Shown here piece by piece: positions 1-14,600 of a stretch of DNA of 64,000 bases. Under the pieces are notes generated by a model. The model had not been told where the DNA came from, searched no databases, and saw only the letters and a program-made list of their open reading frames with translations. Numbering within the stretch: the first letter of the stretch is position 1; each line of letters opens with the position of its first letter. The stretch spans positions 34,038,001 to 34,102,000 of the forward strand of contig OZ296656.1 of NCBI GenBank assembly GCA_965655095.1. Reading direction: 5' to 3'. Made by a program: the position numbers and the translations under genes. This DNA comes from Haplodiscus bocki. Taxonomy: Eukaryota.

Positions 1-1277
1 TTGAAGGAAAGTTTGAGCCACTTCAGGTATAAACTGAGCACCGTTTCTGGATTTTACATAAGCAAGAGTACCGCGCCGGGAGAACCGGGAGAACGAAATC
101 AAATAAATCTGAAAAGATTGACGGAAAGCCAAGTTTCTCTTCCGCAAAGAAGACATTTACCACGTCTATCGACTGTCTGTTTTCAACTTTCGTATGCCGC
201 ACCAATGTCGGGCTTCAGTTCAAGACGAAAAAATCTTGAAACAAAGCCGGAATAATTTCTCAAAATCTCTACTTGTCGAATACCCTGAAAGAATTAACTA
301 CTAAGGGATAACTTCAGAACTTAATCAATTGTTGTAATAAAAGTGAAAACTCAGAATCAAAATTTTGTAGTTGTATCAACCCTGCCAGGGTTGTTAAGAA
401 CGCTTTGAACTGATTGAACTTCTGGTCGTATCTTTCGTTTTCTAATTCCTCGAGTAGTAATGTTTTCTCAATACAAAAATAGACCATGAACAACGCTTGG
501 ACCTCATTTGATTTGATCCTGAACAGTACAATTTTCCAAATTATATTCTAATTCGGTTATTAATTATTAGCTGCAGTAGTTTGCCAACTTGACTGCTTTT
601 TGTCTGTCGCCTGAATGATGGGCCACCATTGCATATTTCGTTAATTGGATCTTTAATAGAACCATTGTATGAAAAATATTGTCCATGGCAGAGAACTAGT
701 ACCCAACAAGAATGGTTTTTTCAAAATCTGCAACCAAAAGTGGAAGCCTTAGCTGCAAGTGTCCTAAGCTTTTAAAAAAGAAGCGCTTCTGAATAGAGTG
801 AATTCGTGTTAGAAAGTTCCGTCTAAACTTCGACTATTTCGACAACTGTTAGCTAAATGTCAATGATTTCGGTTTCAAGTTCTATTCTATCGATTTATTT
901 GGACTCTTGTTATCCCAGAGAAATATCGTGTTTTTCAACACTTTTGGTCATCAAGAATTCTGCTGAGGAGAAACGTTCGTCTTAATTCTGCAGCGGTATC
1001 ATCGCGTGTAGAGAGCAGTCTCTCATGATCTCCCTGTCTAGACATCACTCTCTTGAAATGCACTTTTCTATCTTTATAACAGCTTAAAAATTTTACTTCC
1101 ACGTTTGTATGGGGAAGAACTGAAAAAGTCGTTCATCGAAGTTGAAGCCCAATCTGGCAGAAGATTTTTGAGCTATTCTGGTGATCGAATCAGACTCTGT
1201 TCGTTCACGTAGTTTGAATTGATGGGCCTTTTCTCACCTCTGTTTTTTTTGGTACCGATTTTTAGACCGGATTTGCG

Positions 1278-2708
1278 GGTTTTACGACAATTCGGATCAA
1301 TGTCAGATTCGGACCAAATGCCGGATTCGGACCAAAGACAAATTCGGACCAAAAATTTAAATTCGGCCCAAAAAATTCCAGTAATTAACTTAATTACTTA
1401 ATTAGAAAACAAACATACGACCTTTTATCAACGTACAACTTGCCTATTCCTTTAGACGGGAAAGTCGAACATACTTTAACATTGACTAACCTCGTGTATG
1501 CAGCGTAACGAATAAACTAAATGATATACACACATTGTTTTCAGAAGATTGGCAAAATGCGTGTAAGCAAAAGACGCACTCACAATGCGTTCAAAATGAG
1601 TACATTCTTTTAAACCTGAATGACGTCAAAACGAAATCAATATACTAAAGATATTCTATTACGTATTTTTTGAGGTCAAACGAGACAAATAACCAGCTGC
1701 ACCTATTTTCAACTGACGGTTTTGAACATAACTTCAAGAAATCAGATGCAAGTTGCATCTCACTAGGACAACAACCTAGAAGGGACTTTAATTTCTTGTC
1801 ACCGGCTTTGAACATTTTTCTAACGGGTTAGCCAGCCCGCAGTCCAAATGTACTTCCGATCTCACAAGAGACAGTGTCTCTTGGATTAAACTGTACATCC
1901 AGTCATGTTAATGTTCTGAGACGCACTCCAGGAGGCTGCAAGGAGGCGTCACGACAAGAAATCAAATATCCCTTCATTTTTTTTTCTCAAAGACCATAGG
2001 ATTCAAAAAAACACGATTTAAAACTGAATTTTATTCGAAACAAAATTAACACAAAGCGAAATGGGATATATTACAGTTGAAAAATTAAAATACTAAACAA
2101 AATCAAAAATGTTTGATAGTCCATTAAATGCAAGCTCAATTCGATTGTTTTGGTAACCTTCGAGGATGTTCTTGATTCTTAGAGCATTTTTTTGATGATG
2201 GGCATTTTTCGGGAATTCTTTTCCAGTTTGCAAGCTATTTAGTTTGTTCTCTGTCGCGCTTTGTTCTCGTCGCAGAAAATCAATAAATTTGAAAATTGTA
2301 GAATGGACATATCCTAAACTTGCTTTTATGGCACGGTGCCACCCTTCAACTGCATTATTAGTTTTTTGGCGCATTTCCTTGGCGTTTTCGACTTGGCACC
2401 AAATTTAAACAATCATTGGCTTATCGCGTGATATTGCATTGCGTCCATATTCTATAAATTTTCGTTTCCGATTTTCATTATCACTTTTTTTTAGTTTTGA
2501 CACTTACTTTAGATTTTTGTAAATGGTGTTAATCAAAATTGACGGCTAAATTTCAACGTTGGCAAATTTGACTCTGGCCTGTTAATTGCTTTTAATTACC
2601 AAATAATCAAAATTCGTGTCCGAGTTTTAAAATTAGGTCCGAATTTGTCTTTGGTCTGAATTCGACTTTGGTCCGAATTTGGTATTTGGTCCGAATTGTC
2701 GCATCACC
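1278..2708 (-). mobile_element. Internally deleted Mutator-like (MULE) DNA transposon
   Basis: Perfect 9-bp TSD GGATTTGCG at 1269-1277 and 2709-2717. TIRs of about 120 bp (GGTTTTACGACAATTCGGA... / ...TCCGAATTGTCGCATCACC) built from TTCGGACCAAA repeats. Contains a transposase C-terminal fragment. Confidence 0.88.
2093..2374 (-). pseudogene. MULE transposase C-terminal fragment
   Basis: KTNNAVEGWHRAIK...HSTIFKFIDFLRREQ matches the MULE 'TNNxxEGWH' motif carrying the catalytic E. The upstream DD region is absent. Confidence 0.8.
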
Positions 2709-4045
2709 GGATTTGCGAATTGATTCACTGTACTTCAAGAGAGATTTTGATGAAAAAGTTTTTCCCATACTTCTGGAACAATGTTTCTGAACATTTTTGA
2801 AGGATCACTTGCCTTTTCATCAATCACGGTTGTCGATGTGACCTTGTGTTCCTTGTCAAGTGTCTAGTTAAAGCAAGAGGGTGTGGTGTGACTGCCTTAA
2901 ATTCATCCGCGCCGAAACTTCGTTTGGTCTCTCGTGTTGTAAGAATGACTTGAAACTGACCTTTTAAGTGCGTCTTTGGTTGGGTACTTGTAGTGCTAAT
3001 AGTCTTCAACAATTCTCAGTTCCTATGTGCAATGTGGACATTCAAACGGAGTAACAAAATCTCTTCTCCTAAAGACAATTTTCTTACTTATATTGTCAGG
3101 AAATTTGGTTGAGCAGATTCTTTCGAGTAGCAATTTGTACTCGTGTGTTCGATGTTCGGACAACATGAACATTTATCGATTTGTTTTCCTCACTCAACAA
3201 CTGCGGTTGATCTCAATTGAGTGTTTCATGTAATTGATCTGTGTTGAGGAATACAGGCGTCACAGTTGTAAACACTTTTCCATAAAGTAATCAAGATTTT
3301 CAGAGACCAGTTCAGAGTAAGTTGACATCTCATATTTCGAGGACTCGAAATTGCCTTGAGCTCACGCAACCGAAGCAAATGACCGGTCGAATTGTAATAA
3401 ACTAACCGAAATACAGAATTTACAGATTAACCATGGCCTACGGTAAGCAAGTAGACACTTTTTTCTAATTAACCAATTATAGTTGTGATCTTCAATCGAG
3501 GGCACATTGCTGGACCTCATAAAATGGGCTGGAGAGCTAAACGGACACTTCTCAACCTTTTTAACTGGGAATTTCATGTCTGTAAAATTCAAGTTCAAAC
3601 GTATTTGTTTGAAATGAACTCGAGCCTAGTCAAGTATCAAGCCAACTTTTTGTGATAAGTAACTTGGAAACTTGAGATTATTTTGATTGAATTGTTTGAA
3701 CAACTACACCACTGTCTCAAATAGTGTGTTTTCAGCGTCACATTGCTGGCAGCAATGGCATTTCTGGCATCAAAGACTAAGTAGATCGGGAAATTAAAGT
3801 TTTCAGGATGCGGCGGATATTCAGCTGGTTTACTGTACTATTGGACTGGAAACCAGTGAAAAATATGTTAGCTTTTTTTTCCAACCGTTCAATACCGTCT
3901 ACCATGTAATTACATATTGGAGTTTTTTGTTCGACAAAGCTTTTGAGTGGACTTCGTACTCCTGGACTGTTAGATAATAACACCTGCAGTCAAAACTGCA
4001 TCGCTATACCCATTTCAAATCATATTTTGGAACTTTTGATATCTT

Positions 4046-5015
4046 TGTCAGGCTGGTATCCACCCGGCTGTGCTAAAACTAGCACTGGTACCAGCCCTTG
4101 GGTAAGTGTTCGGCCGCTGTCTAGTGGACATTTCTTGTATCAGCCGAGTCAAGTCCTCTAGCTGTTTAGTCAGGGGCAATGTAAGTCCTTATCTGCTCAT
4201 CGATTTCTTCCTGAGTTAGGGTGGGCATTTCAAATTCCTCGCCTACGTTGCCCTCAGGGGCACTCATGACAAAGTTGCTTTCACTCATGCTGATACTAAT
4301 AGCTGTGTTGTACTTCTTTCCGTTTCTTAACTCTCTGATTGAGACAAGACAATCCATACAAGCTTCCTGACTTGAATCAATTTGATGAACAAAGGTGAGG
4401 GATGGTACGGCGTACAACGTAAATCAAAGTATGACCATTTACAAAGCATGAATTTAACGAAGGCAAGATCTATAAAAGTAGTCAACTAAGGTTCCATTTG
4501 CTGTAATCTGGTAATTCCAAGGCTCGTGTGTGTGGTGCTGAGTCTTCTCTTCAGAGTGCTAACTGGAATTCTGATTGCGCTGAATCTGCGTTTCATTTTG
4601 GTGGATTTACATGGTCACGTGACGCAATTCTTACCATCTGCGAGTTGTCATTGGCTCTTTAGTTGCCGCTCTAATTAACTACTCAAGGTGTGAGCGCAAT
4701 TTCTCCACAACTGTGATGGCTTGCGTCAAAAAAATGTTATTCTACAAATTTAGTGCAACAAATTTGCGTAAACCCAATATGGCGTATTAGCTCTAAATTA
4801 CAACACTAATGCTCTAACAATGATTGTACGGTTTGAAATTTGACAACTGTAACATAATTTACTGCCTTCAAGATGGTTGCAGCTTGGCACTCTGTTGATT
4901 TCAGGTGATTTCAATTTTGATTGGAATTCAACATTTTGCTGAATCATAACATTATGATGTGCTAATATTGCTATTCCGTTGTTAGCCACTCAATCTTTGG
5001 GATCACTTGAAAACA
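4046..5015 (-). mobile_element. Solo LTR (family B, 970 bp)
   Basis: Minus strand reads TGTTTTCAAG...CAGCCTGACA. Perfect 5-bp TSD ATCTT at 4041-4045 and 5016-5020. Decayed 3' ORF (EEIDEQIRTYIAP...LEDLTRLIQ) is shared with 11833-12889. Confidence 0.8.
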
Positions 5016-5109
5016 ATCTTTGCAAGAAGCAACGAAACTGTAGATATTTTAACCAAAAAAACACTCAACACAGTGAACTCTTCTGGTGTCTCCACTTTAC
5101 GGATAGTAA

Positions 5110-6460
5110 CCCAGTCGAAAGCACCTTTTAAACAATGGTGATTCATTAATGTTGTCATCAAAAAAATCAAAGATGCTTCAATTCTACATCGAACACCGTA
5201 AACGTTGATGAATCTTTATTGTTACATCAGTGTTTCATCCATGTTTTCAACTTTTATCTCTAATGCAACCAGTGATGTTCCGTCTACTAGATATCAATGA
5301 TTCCTAGGTTTTTTAAAAACGGTTGATGAGCTTTACTAATCCAATGCAACTCTGTTTTTCATGTTTAGGCGGCTTTCAGTCTATCTTTTTCGCGAGTAGT
5401 GATCAATTAACTCTCTGATGACTCCTGAAAACCATTTAGTCTTCCTAATTTTGTTTTTGTGTCAACTGTCATTGGATATTCTATTTCGTCTACTGTAATA
5501 TTTAAGTAATATCACTGAAACCTGCTGGTGGCCCTGCTAGTGACGGAAATGTATCACTTGCCTGCGTAAACTGGATGTTTTTTTTTTGATAAATGCACAG
5601 GTGTTGCAACAGGTGTTTAAATGTTGTTCAGACATGAACGAAGGAAGTTGGATACAGTTTCTCATTGATTTCATTGTATTGGTGTATATAGTTGCATCGT
5701 TTGTTAGAGTGTGTTTTTCATCGGTGGGTCTGGTCTTTGATTGAAATTGTTTCTTATTTGAGTGTTACGGAGACGTTTTCAATTTGACTCCAAAACTGAT
5801 ATGACTACCAATTGGATGGCTTTGAAGTTTTTTTTACAAAATGCTTTGTATCATCAAAGTCATATCTGTAAGGAGTGATATTTGCAAGAATTGCTCGTAT
5901 GTTTTTCTTTTGAGTACCGAAAATCTTTGTGATAGATAGTGTGAGGGGTAATTTGATCTGTTCTCTTAATGTGCTTGTTCTTATCGACCTTAATTTTCTT
6001 GATAACGATAGATGAGATTTATCAACCTGAAGCAACCTTACTTATGTTTGGGCGTCTTCCCATGTTATCTGCGTGAAGTGTTTGCTGCATAGAGGCAGTA
6101 AATTCACCTGTATTCACGAATTAATTGCATGTAACGCTGGTAAACTACGTGTGAGGCTTTTTTCATGCGGTCCACAGGTGAAGTTACAGCGTTTGCAGGT
6201 ATTTTTGCACGCGTCAGTTTTACAGGAATGTTACATCTTCAAAGAATCATCAAGAAATCATCAATGAAGCATCAATAAAACATCGATGCTTCAGTGATAA
6301 GCACATAAAAACATTGATGATCATTAATGTTTGCATTGAAGTCATCATTATTTCATCAATGTTGGATGGATGTCGCATCGTTATCAATTCAATGAACAGG
6401 TGTTTTTTTAATGACAACATTAATGAGTCATCAATGTTACCAATGTGTTCTCGAATGGGG
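5110..6460. mobile_element. Non-autonomous CCC...GGG TIR element (CMC/EnSpm-like)
   Basis: Imperfect TIRs of about 60 bp: CCCAGTCGAAAGCAC...TTCATTAATGTTGTCATCAAAAAA vs reverse complement CCCATTCGAGAACAC...CTCATTAATGTTGTCATTAAAAAA. CATCAATG-type subterminal repeats, AA flanks, no ORF. Confidence 0.6.
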
Positions 6461-7577
6461 AAGAGATATAGAGCGTTTGAAGACATACCTTCGATAAAAT
6501 CTAAAAACAGAAATCTGACCAATTGAACCTAGGCTTGAATTGAACGCATTCATGAATCACCCGAGTGTGAAGGCGTTGGACTGAATGAAGGACTTTTCAA
6601 ATTTTCTGTCACACAAATAAAGTCATGATTTTTAAGAAAACCTTCAAGCACAGTAGTTCAGGTGCTAGACTCATGAGGAATCAACACTACAAGTTTCTAA
6701 TTTTCGGAACCTTAATTGAAAAAAGAGATAAGGGAACTTTTTTCGAAGGGAAATACTTGCCTCACCAGACCTTCATCGGGAGACTAATTTTCTGAAACTT
6801 CCATATAAAGACTAAGTGCAACGGAAAAAAACATCAAAACCGTTTGACTCTTCAAGAGATACTTTTTTTGTCACGTTGGCCTGTATATCAACTTGGCTAT
6901 ACATCTTGGCAGTAGTGGAAGGTTTTCCTATGAAAATTCTAAACATTTCTTTGGAAGAACAATTATGCCCTTGGACTAGTTTACGAGGAGTTGTAATTCG
7001 GTATCCTAATAAAGAAATTTATGGCTCATGCTCCAGCTACAGACCACTCTTGGTTGCTAGCTGTTCGGGAATGCTACTTATAGGGATATGGTGAGAAGGC
7101 ATCAATAAGTTTTTGGAAACCACTAATGTGTTAAAACATACAGAGATGGTTTCTGCGTTTTAATGTAACATGCTTGGATATCGGTACAGACTATGTCTAA
7201 ACTTACAATTCTCTAAATTGTCAAAGAAACCTTTTGCTTGTCTGAACATAAACTTGAAAGAAGCGCTCATCGTTTTCCGTTTGGCGGCCTGCTCTTTAAG
7301 TTGAAACACCACAACTTAGGTCGAACTTTTCTCGAGAAACGCCGGTATTTTTCCAAGATCACCCTTACTTCCACTCATACCACCGCTATCAATTTAGGAT
7401 TCGCCGAGAAACCCTAAAAGGTTCCTTCGTAGAACCTTTTTGCAGAGAGTTGAATATCGGTGGTTTAGTGCCAAAAAACTTTTTTTAATTTTGCTGATAT
7501 CTTTGAAAAAGAACGCAGCTATTTCATAATAATCTAGTCCGAATCTCAGTTTTCAAGATGGTCCCTTGGATGAATCC

Positions 7578-9307
7578 TGTGATGTGTCTCGTCCTGGTCT
7601 GATTCAGTCAGGTTATTAGTATTACAGGCAGAGACACCCACTTCGGGATAAGGATCGATTAGGGAACGATCCCCGACGGGTGCCCGGTTTTCTGAGTTGT
7701 CGTTCCTGGATGTTCCCGGAACAGCTACGGAACAAGTCCGAATTGTGGGTTCAGAAGAAATTCATCAAGTTCAGACAACGCACCCAAAATGCGTGACTCC
7801 GTCCGACTAAATTTCTGGGAAAGTTTATTAATGATTCTCACTTCAATTTCTTTAGAAACTTGGGAGATGTACTCTTCAGCCTTCCCCGGATTAAATATGT
7901 TTTGTGACCGGTTGTTCCTTGTGTTTTCTAGTGTTTCTCGAAACTGCCGCTAACTTTCTCTTAATTCTCAATGTTGCAATATTTCTGAGGGAAAAGCTTG
8001 TCAGTTGTGAAGACTGAATTCATCTTTTATTTCTTAAGCATGTCGTTGATGTCCTCTTTTTATGAGGGAAACGGTCTCAATAACAGCAAACAGTTAATGA
8101 TGGAAAATTTGTGTACAATACCAGAAAGGCTACACTTTTTATAATAATAACATACTTTCGTTTCTCCTGTTTAAACCTTTTCGTTGGCGGGAAACAAAAC
8201 TGCTTACACGCCAATTCAAAGTACAACTAAGGAAAAGTACTTTATTCATATTATTAAAAAAGAAAAATGCCGACTCTGGCGTGAAATAAACACCTTTTCA
8301 TCCATTTCTTCCCTCAGGGACCGCGTCTTTTCCATCTTTCGACAGAAAATGTACGGGTCTAATCCGCCGCAAAGGAATATCAAAGTGTTTGTTCCCGCGC
8401 CGACACGATGAATGATAAGATCAACAAGAGATCAAAGATTTTTTCCATAAGAAAAAGTTACTAAAATACATGAAAAATAAGTAGAATGCATTAAATGAAA
8501 ACAAAACAAAATACATGAAAAAGGTGGAAAAAGTTCATGTTCACATGTGTTTACATATTGAATCGGTTAAATTCACTGCTGGGAACAATACTAGGCTTTT
8601 TCCTTGTCCGCTCCTCATTTCTAGTGGTCGGTTCCTCATTTTGGCCGAAGCGTTCCAGAACGACCACGTAGCCGCTTTTAGCACCGCTCTCTGAAGTGCT
8701 ATTGAGAAGAATGAAATGGGTGGCCATGTAACTGTTCCGTGTTCGTCCAAAATCACACAGCGTAATAGCGCAGCTGATTTGATTAAACTCTAGTGACGTC
8801 ACCAGATCGGTTGCAATGGGTTACATACGGAACAAACGTTCACTTTTAAAGTCACGCTCTGTAATTATAGCTGTAAGAAAGATTGCAAACTCATTGACAC
8901 TGTCAGTCGTAATTTTTATTACTGCACAAATTCAAAAAGGTGGATTTTTATAATAGGTACCTAATTTATCTATAAATATAGCATCTATTAAAGATAAAGA
9001 AATACAGTCAGTGAAAGTGAATCAATATCCGTTTGTTCCGTAGTTGCTCCGTCCCAATTTGGATCAATACAGTAGAATTGCACGTATGGGATACGTGCTT
9101 TTTATATGGAAAGAATAATATGGAACAATACGTAACTACTCTGTGTCGTTAACCTGAATTAAAACGTAATAAATGGTATTATGAGTTTTTTTAACATGTA
9201 TGTGTATAATTTTAGTGTGTGGAGAGTTTTCGTCTTCAGTCGACGGGCCCGGAATGTCCTTTGCCGGTGGATCTTTTGTCTGCAGGCTTCGCAGACTTGC
9301 TGCGACA
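7578..9307 (-). mobile_element. Solo LTR (family A, about 1.73 kb)
   Basis: Minus strand reads TGTCGCAGCAAGTCTGCGAAGCC...GAGACACATCACA. Collinear with 9852-11416 and 31909-33705. Decayed ATLRxKRKLAAVSR...EFSRTESRILGALSELDEFLLNPQ frame. TSD only imperfect (ATCC/CTCC). Confidence 0.75.
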
Positions 9308-9851
9308 CTCCCCTTCTTTCCGGATAGGACCTTCCAATCTCTAATTTCCTCTTCAGCTTTCGAGGTGCTGTTGGCGGGGATGGAGTGGCCAGCAGGCAAA
9401 TTCGTCCGGGTTTGCCTTCCGAAAGAAAGCTTTCGTTCAGGGGAGAGTTCCAGCTTACCTGTCGGATCTCATCCTACGGCTAGAAGGTGTTAACATCTGT
9501 CGTGGTATGCGGAGTTTCCCAGCTGCCAATCGTACTGAGGTTCAGGCTATTTTCCCGGCAAAACGCCGTCAACGCCATTATTTTTCCGGTTCAACGCCGT
9601 AAATGGGGCTGCTTTTTTGGTTAAGAAAGGCTTCTGTGGCTAATTTTGACCAACTTTAACGCCTTCATGCCGGAAAAATTTTGGCCATTTTTTCCACCCG
9701 AGAATGAAGCCCATGCTATCATTTCAATACATCCACGACTGCCTAATTTTGTTATTTAACCTCTTCAACTAAGTAGCTACAATCGAAGCTCTATTATAGG
9801 CCAATTCTGGGCCCATCTGCAAAGCCTGTCAAGGGATTTACAAGAACTCGT

Positions 9852-11416
9852 TCTCGCAGCATATCTGCGAAGCCTGCAGCCACTTTTTACTCGAAGAGAG
9901 GACATTCCAAGATTGGCAATGAACAAAAATTTCACCTTTTACTTTAAAACACTCGTTTATAATCAAACGTTTTGTACATGTAAACTGATCCCTAAATATA
10001 TGGATCACCGCTTTGAACTAATCCAAACTGGGACAAAACCGTTACGGAACAGACAGATATTCACCTATTAGCTCCATACAAGGGGCTTTTTTTAGATTAA
10101 TGTGTATTAATTTGAAACAGATCAACCTTTTATTATTCTGCTAAGTGCTGTAAAACTAGCTCAAATTGGTGTTGTGATTGAAAAATTACAGTGCTAGTGC
10201 AGTTGAGAGTAATAAACTCAACGAGTGATAATTTGTTTTGTACGTGTTCCGTCGCTACTAGTCTGGTAACGTCAAAATCAATCAAATTCAACAATTGAGT
10301 GCCAGATAGCCGACAACAGTTCAATTTTGTATTCAATCTTTTTCGCTTCATAGCAGCACCGCTTCCAGAAGCGCTACAACCGAATGCGGAACCGTTTCCC
10401 AGCGTATTCGTTAAAATGAGGAAGAGACCAGGAACGTTCGTAGTTTCTCCCCAATTTCAACGTAACTTTTACAGTGAATCAATGCATGCTTTCTCTCCGG
10501 TTTAAGCAAAAATTATTCATATTATTCTGTTTTATGTGTTTTATTTTCACTTGACATTTTGATTGGTACATTTATATTGTATTTTCCAAATATGGAAAAC
10601 CTTTGATGTTTTGTTCCATTATTATATATTATGTCTGCGGGAGGATAAGCACTTTGCCTTCCATTTCCGATTGATTAAGCCCATGCTTTTTTTTGTCAAA
10701 AAACGCCTATCAGGAAGAAACTGGATGGAAAGGTGTTTTGTTTTGCCGCTACATTCGGCATTTTTCCCTTGGTTAAAAATATGATTAATCTAGTTTTCCC
10801 CAGTCGTACTTAGATTTGGCGTGTAAATAACTATGTTTCCCGCCATGGAAAAGAAATAAATAAGAGAAAGAAGACTACTATTCGGGAAATGATTAACTTT
10901 ACCGGTTGAACTAGTTGTATTATTGTTGACAAATTTACCTAGTTTTTGTCTTCTTTCAAGTTGGAGTTGAAAATAACTAAACTCAATCAATAACACTCAT
11001 TGGTTTATCCCTTCAAAATGAAAACACTGAGGAACAATAAAAAGCCTGCAGCAGTTGCTACAGAAAGTCAGGAAGAACACAGTAGGAACAGCCAGTTACA
11101 AAACACAGCCGCTCCTCAAATTAGTGAGAACTATATCACTCTGGTGTCAAAGGAAATAGAAGGCAGGGTGACAAAGAAACAGTCTCTGGAGTTCAGTAGG
11201 AGAAAGAGGCGAATTTTGAGTTAGACAAACTTTTTCTGAATCTGCAACTCCAGGCACAATAATCCAGAATCGTTCCAGGAACATCGCAGACCACAGACAT
11301 GCAAAACCAGGAACCAAACGAGGACTGTTCCAAGAATAATCCTCGACCTGAAGTAGGCATCTCCATCTACCGGTCGCCCCAATCTACAAATTCAGACCCA
11401 GAGGAGGCATCTTACA
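9852..11416 (+). mobile_element. Solo LTR (family A, about 1.57 kb)
   Basis: TCTCGCAGCATATCTGCGAAGCC...GCATCTTACA. TSD CTCGT/CTTGT (9847-9851, 11417-11421; one CpG-type mismatch). Frameshifted ORF MKTLRNNKKPAAVA...EIEGRVTKK runs from 11018 to the LTR end. Confidence 0.78.
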
Positions 11417-11832
11417 CTTGTTCATGTTTGACTAACAATACACTGTTTCATACCCTTGTGTTAGACCAGAATTTTCATTACTAGTGCCCATCTGAAGAGT
11501 AAAGGTTTTACTTGAGATGTGTCATCATTGCTCCACTGAAAGACTCGAGAAACAGACTCAAATTGTTAATCATTTCGTCAGTTAGCCAGATACAACTCAT
11601 GCTTAGATCCTATAGGTTGCAGATCTTTTATTTTGTCGACGAATAATCGATGAAGTATGCGTGCAGTATTTTGATTTGAGGTATTCATTCCTCAACCTTT
11701 ATTTCGTATATCTCGTTTATAAATTTCATCATTTTACATTTTTTCCCACAAGGTCACCATTAAGATATAAAACATCTCATAATTCAGAGAAATTAAAAGC
11801 ATTCAGTAGGATTCCTTTATGGTATTCCTGAT

Positions 11833-12889
11833 TGTCAGGCTGGTAACCAGCTGCGCCAAAACTAGCGCTGGTACTTGTCATTGGATATGTATACGGTTTT
11901 GGAGCAGTGGAAATACCCTGAATCAAAGAAGTCAAGTTGTTGTTGGGTCAGAGGGGCAATGTAACTTCTTATCTACTCATTGACATCCTCTTGAGTTGAT
12001 ATGCGTGTTCCGTACTCCTCGGCAATGTTGCCTTCCGAGGCGTTCATGATGGGAGTGTTTTCTGAATTTTCAGTCATGCTGATTCGAACCGCGGTGTCAT
12101 GTTTTTTTTTCGGTACAATAATTGTCGGATTGGGTCAAAAGCTTGCACACAAGCTTCAGGACGTGAATGACCTGAGATAGGCCGATGGATTTAGACGATT
12201 CTTATGTAATGGACTACGAGCTCTAATGTATGTCTGCTTTGCAAACGATGGGTTCTGTGAAGTCAATTTTTAGCGAAGAAAAGTGCAAGAGGTGATTTAT
12301 TGGCTATCGATAATTCTCCGTACGTTCCAGCGAGTGGGTCAATGTTGTCTGTTAAGAGTGCTATTTGAGCAATTGATTGAGTTAGATTTGCGTGGGGTCT
12401 TGGTGGATTTGAGTGGTCACCTGACCGATGGCAATTCTTACCGTCGGTGAGTTGTCACTGGTTCGTGAGTTGCCGTGTTTTTTAAATAGTTAGTATGTGA
12501 ACAGAATTCTTCCGCAACCGTGTTGGTTACCTTCATGAAACATGACGTTTATGCAAATTCAGTGCATTAAACTTGCAAAAATTGAATATGGCGTATTTCA
12601 TATCAAATACAACACTATTATTAATGAAATGATTGCATGGATTGAAATTTTGATAACTTTAATGTATTGTACTGCTTTTTTGCTGGTCGTAGCTTTGAAC
12701 TGTGTTGAATTAATGTGTTGAATTTTAGTTTCCATGAGAATTCCTCGTTTCGTTCAGCTACAATGTTTTGATGTGCCTATGTTGCTATTCCGTTGCTAGC
12801 TGGTGTTTGTTTGTTGAGTTATGTACGTTCCGAGGTATTCCGGAAATGTCGTAGCTCACTTAGATCAAGATAGCTAGAATATTTCAGCA
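11833..12889 (-). mobile_element. Solo LTR (family B)
   Basis: Ends ...GGTTACCAGCCTGACA on the minus strand and is collinear with 4046-5015. The 5' end is approximate because the TSD CTGAT/ATGAG matches only 3 of 5. Confidence 0.6.
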
Positions 12890-13379
12890 ATGAGGCTTTT
12901 ATGTTGACAATTGAGATGTATTTGATTGAAAGCGATGGATTAAAAATTTGTCATTTACGTTCGCGTTGTATTTTATATCTTCTGTCGAAATTTTTTTTTC
13001 GGAAAGAGAATTTTCAATCCAGTAGTCCGCGTTTTTTTTCCTTTCGCGAAATTGCCCATAACGCGCCGATCTAAAGTCTGCAGAGTTGGTGTCTTGTATA
13101 ATTTTATTCTCGGGTGTCAGCGTTCCAATTTAGGTCCCAATGGGATGCTTTCTACTCTTGGTGAACCTTGTTCTGGTGAAATAACGATTTTTTTCCTGGC
13201 ATCAGAAGCCTGATGGTCATAAAATTATAAAAAGTGTTTTTTTATCGGATTATAAAACTTATTTTTCAACAACTGTGAGCTCGACTTCCTCCATGAACGT
13301 CGCAATCGAAAACTTGAAATTGTCAGATGATCATCCGATTGAAAAACAGGTTTTTCGGAACCTTCAATCATATTCCCGA

Positions 13380-14600
13380 TAACCACAAAAGTCGAAAACC
13401 ACTTAACTTTATTGATTAATCTCGATAATCAAATTCATATTTCTCAGTAACTACAGGTATGATTTTTCCAAGCAAGGTTTCAGTCAAAAACTCCCTATTC
13501 CCGGACGACGATTCAATTCGTCAACTCTTTCTTCTGATCCACACATTGGATTCATGACAGTCCAAATATTCAAGAAAATGCTTTTCAGTATGATTTCGCT
13601 CGTTATTCAAATTTGTACTCCTCAGCGATAAGAACTTTAAACTCCTCCATCAACAAATCAATCTAAAACATATTAATTGTTGAGGAGTATTTAGGTGAAA
13701 AACGGTTGATCTTGTTCTCTGTATCAGAATTCTGATAGTTCAAATTTTCCGAAACAAACCTCTTTCTAATACTTCTTCTCGACCTTCAAACTCATCTTCA
13801 TTTGTCACTCAAACCTAGAGGCTTCATTAATTCAATCAAGGTCTCAATCAAAGTTTTCCATGTTGTAGAAACCTTCCCGATGGAAATATCGTCGATTTTG
13901 TTCATTGCATTGGAATACTGACTTTCCGACTTTCGCAATAATGCTATTTTTGTTGTTGCTTCTCAATATTGAAACTCCTAATTCTCCGTTAACAAAGAAG
14001 TCGAAAAACACACAACATTATTGATTTATCTCGATAATCAAACTCATGTTTCTCAGTAACTACAGGTATGATTTTTCCAAGCAAGGTTTCAGTCAAAAAA
14101 CTCCCTATTCCCGGACGACGATTCAATTCATCAACTTTTTCTTCTGATCCATACATTGGATTCATGACAGTCCAAATATTCAAGAAAATGCTTTTCAGTA
14201 TGATTTCGCTCGTTACTCAAATTTGTATTCTTCAGCGATAAGAACTTTCAACTCCTCCAACAACAAATCAATCTAAAACATGTTAATTGTTGAGAAGTAT
14301 TTAGGTGGAAAACGGTTGATCTTGTTCTTTGTATCAGAATTCTGATACTTCAAATTTTCCGAAACAAACCTCCTTCTAATAATTCTTCTCGACCTTCAAA
14401 CTCATCTTCATTTGTCACTCATAACTAGAGGCGTCATTAATTCAATGAAGGTCTCGATCAAAAGTTTCCATGTTATAGAAAGGTTCCCGATGAAAATATC
14501 GTCGATTTTGTTCATTGCATTGGAATACTGACTTTCCGACTTTCTCAATAAGGCTATTTTTGTTGTTGCCTCTTAATATTGAAACTTTTATTTCCCCGTA
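13380..14600. repeat. Tandem duplication, 2 x about 610 bp
   Basis: 13380-13990 and 13990-14600 align end to end with scattered substitutions (e.g. TCTCAGTAACTACAGGTATGATTTTTCCAAGCAAGG near 13442 and 14051). Confidence 0.9.

Noticed and set aside
1-3770. Short ORFs flanking the MULE as genes or retroelement remnants
   Set aside because: No recognisable motif.
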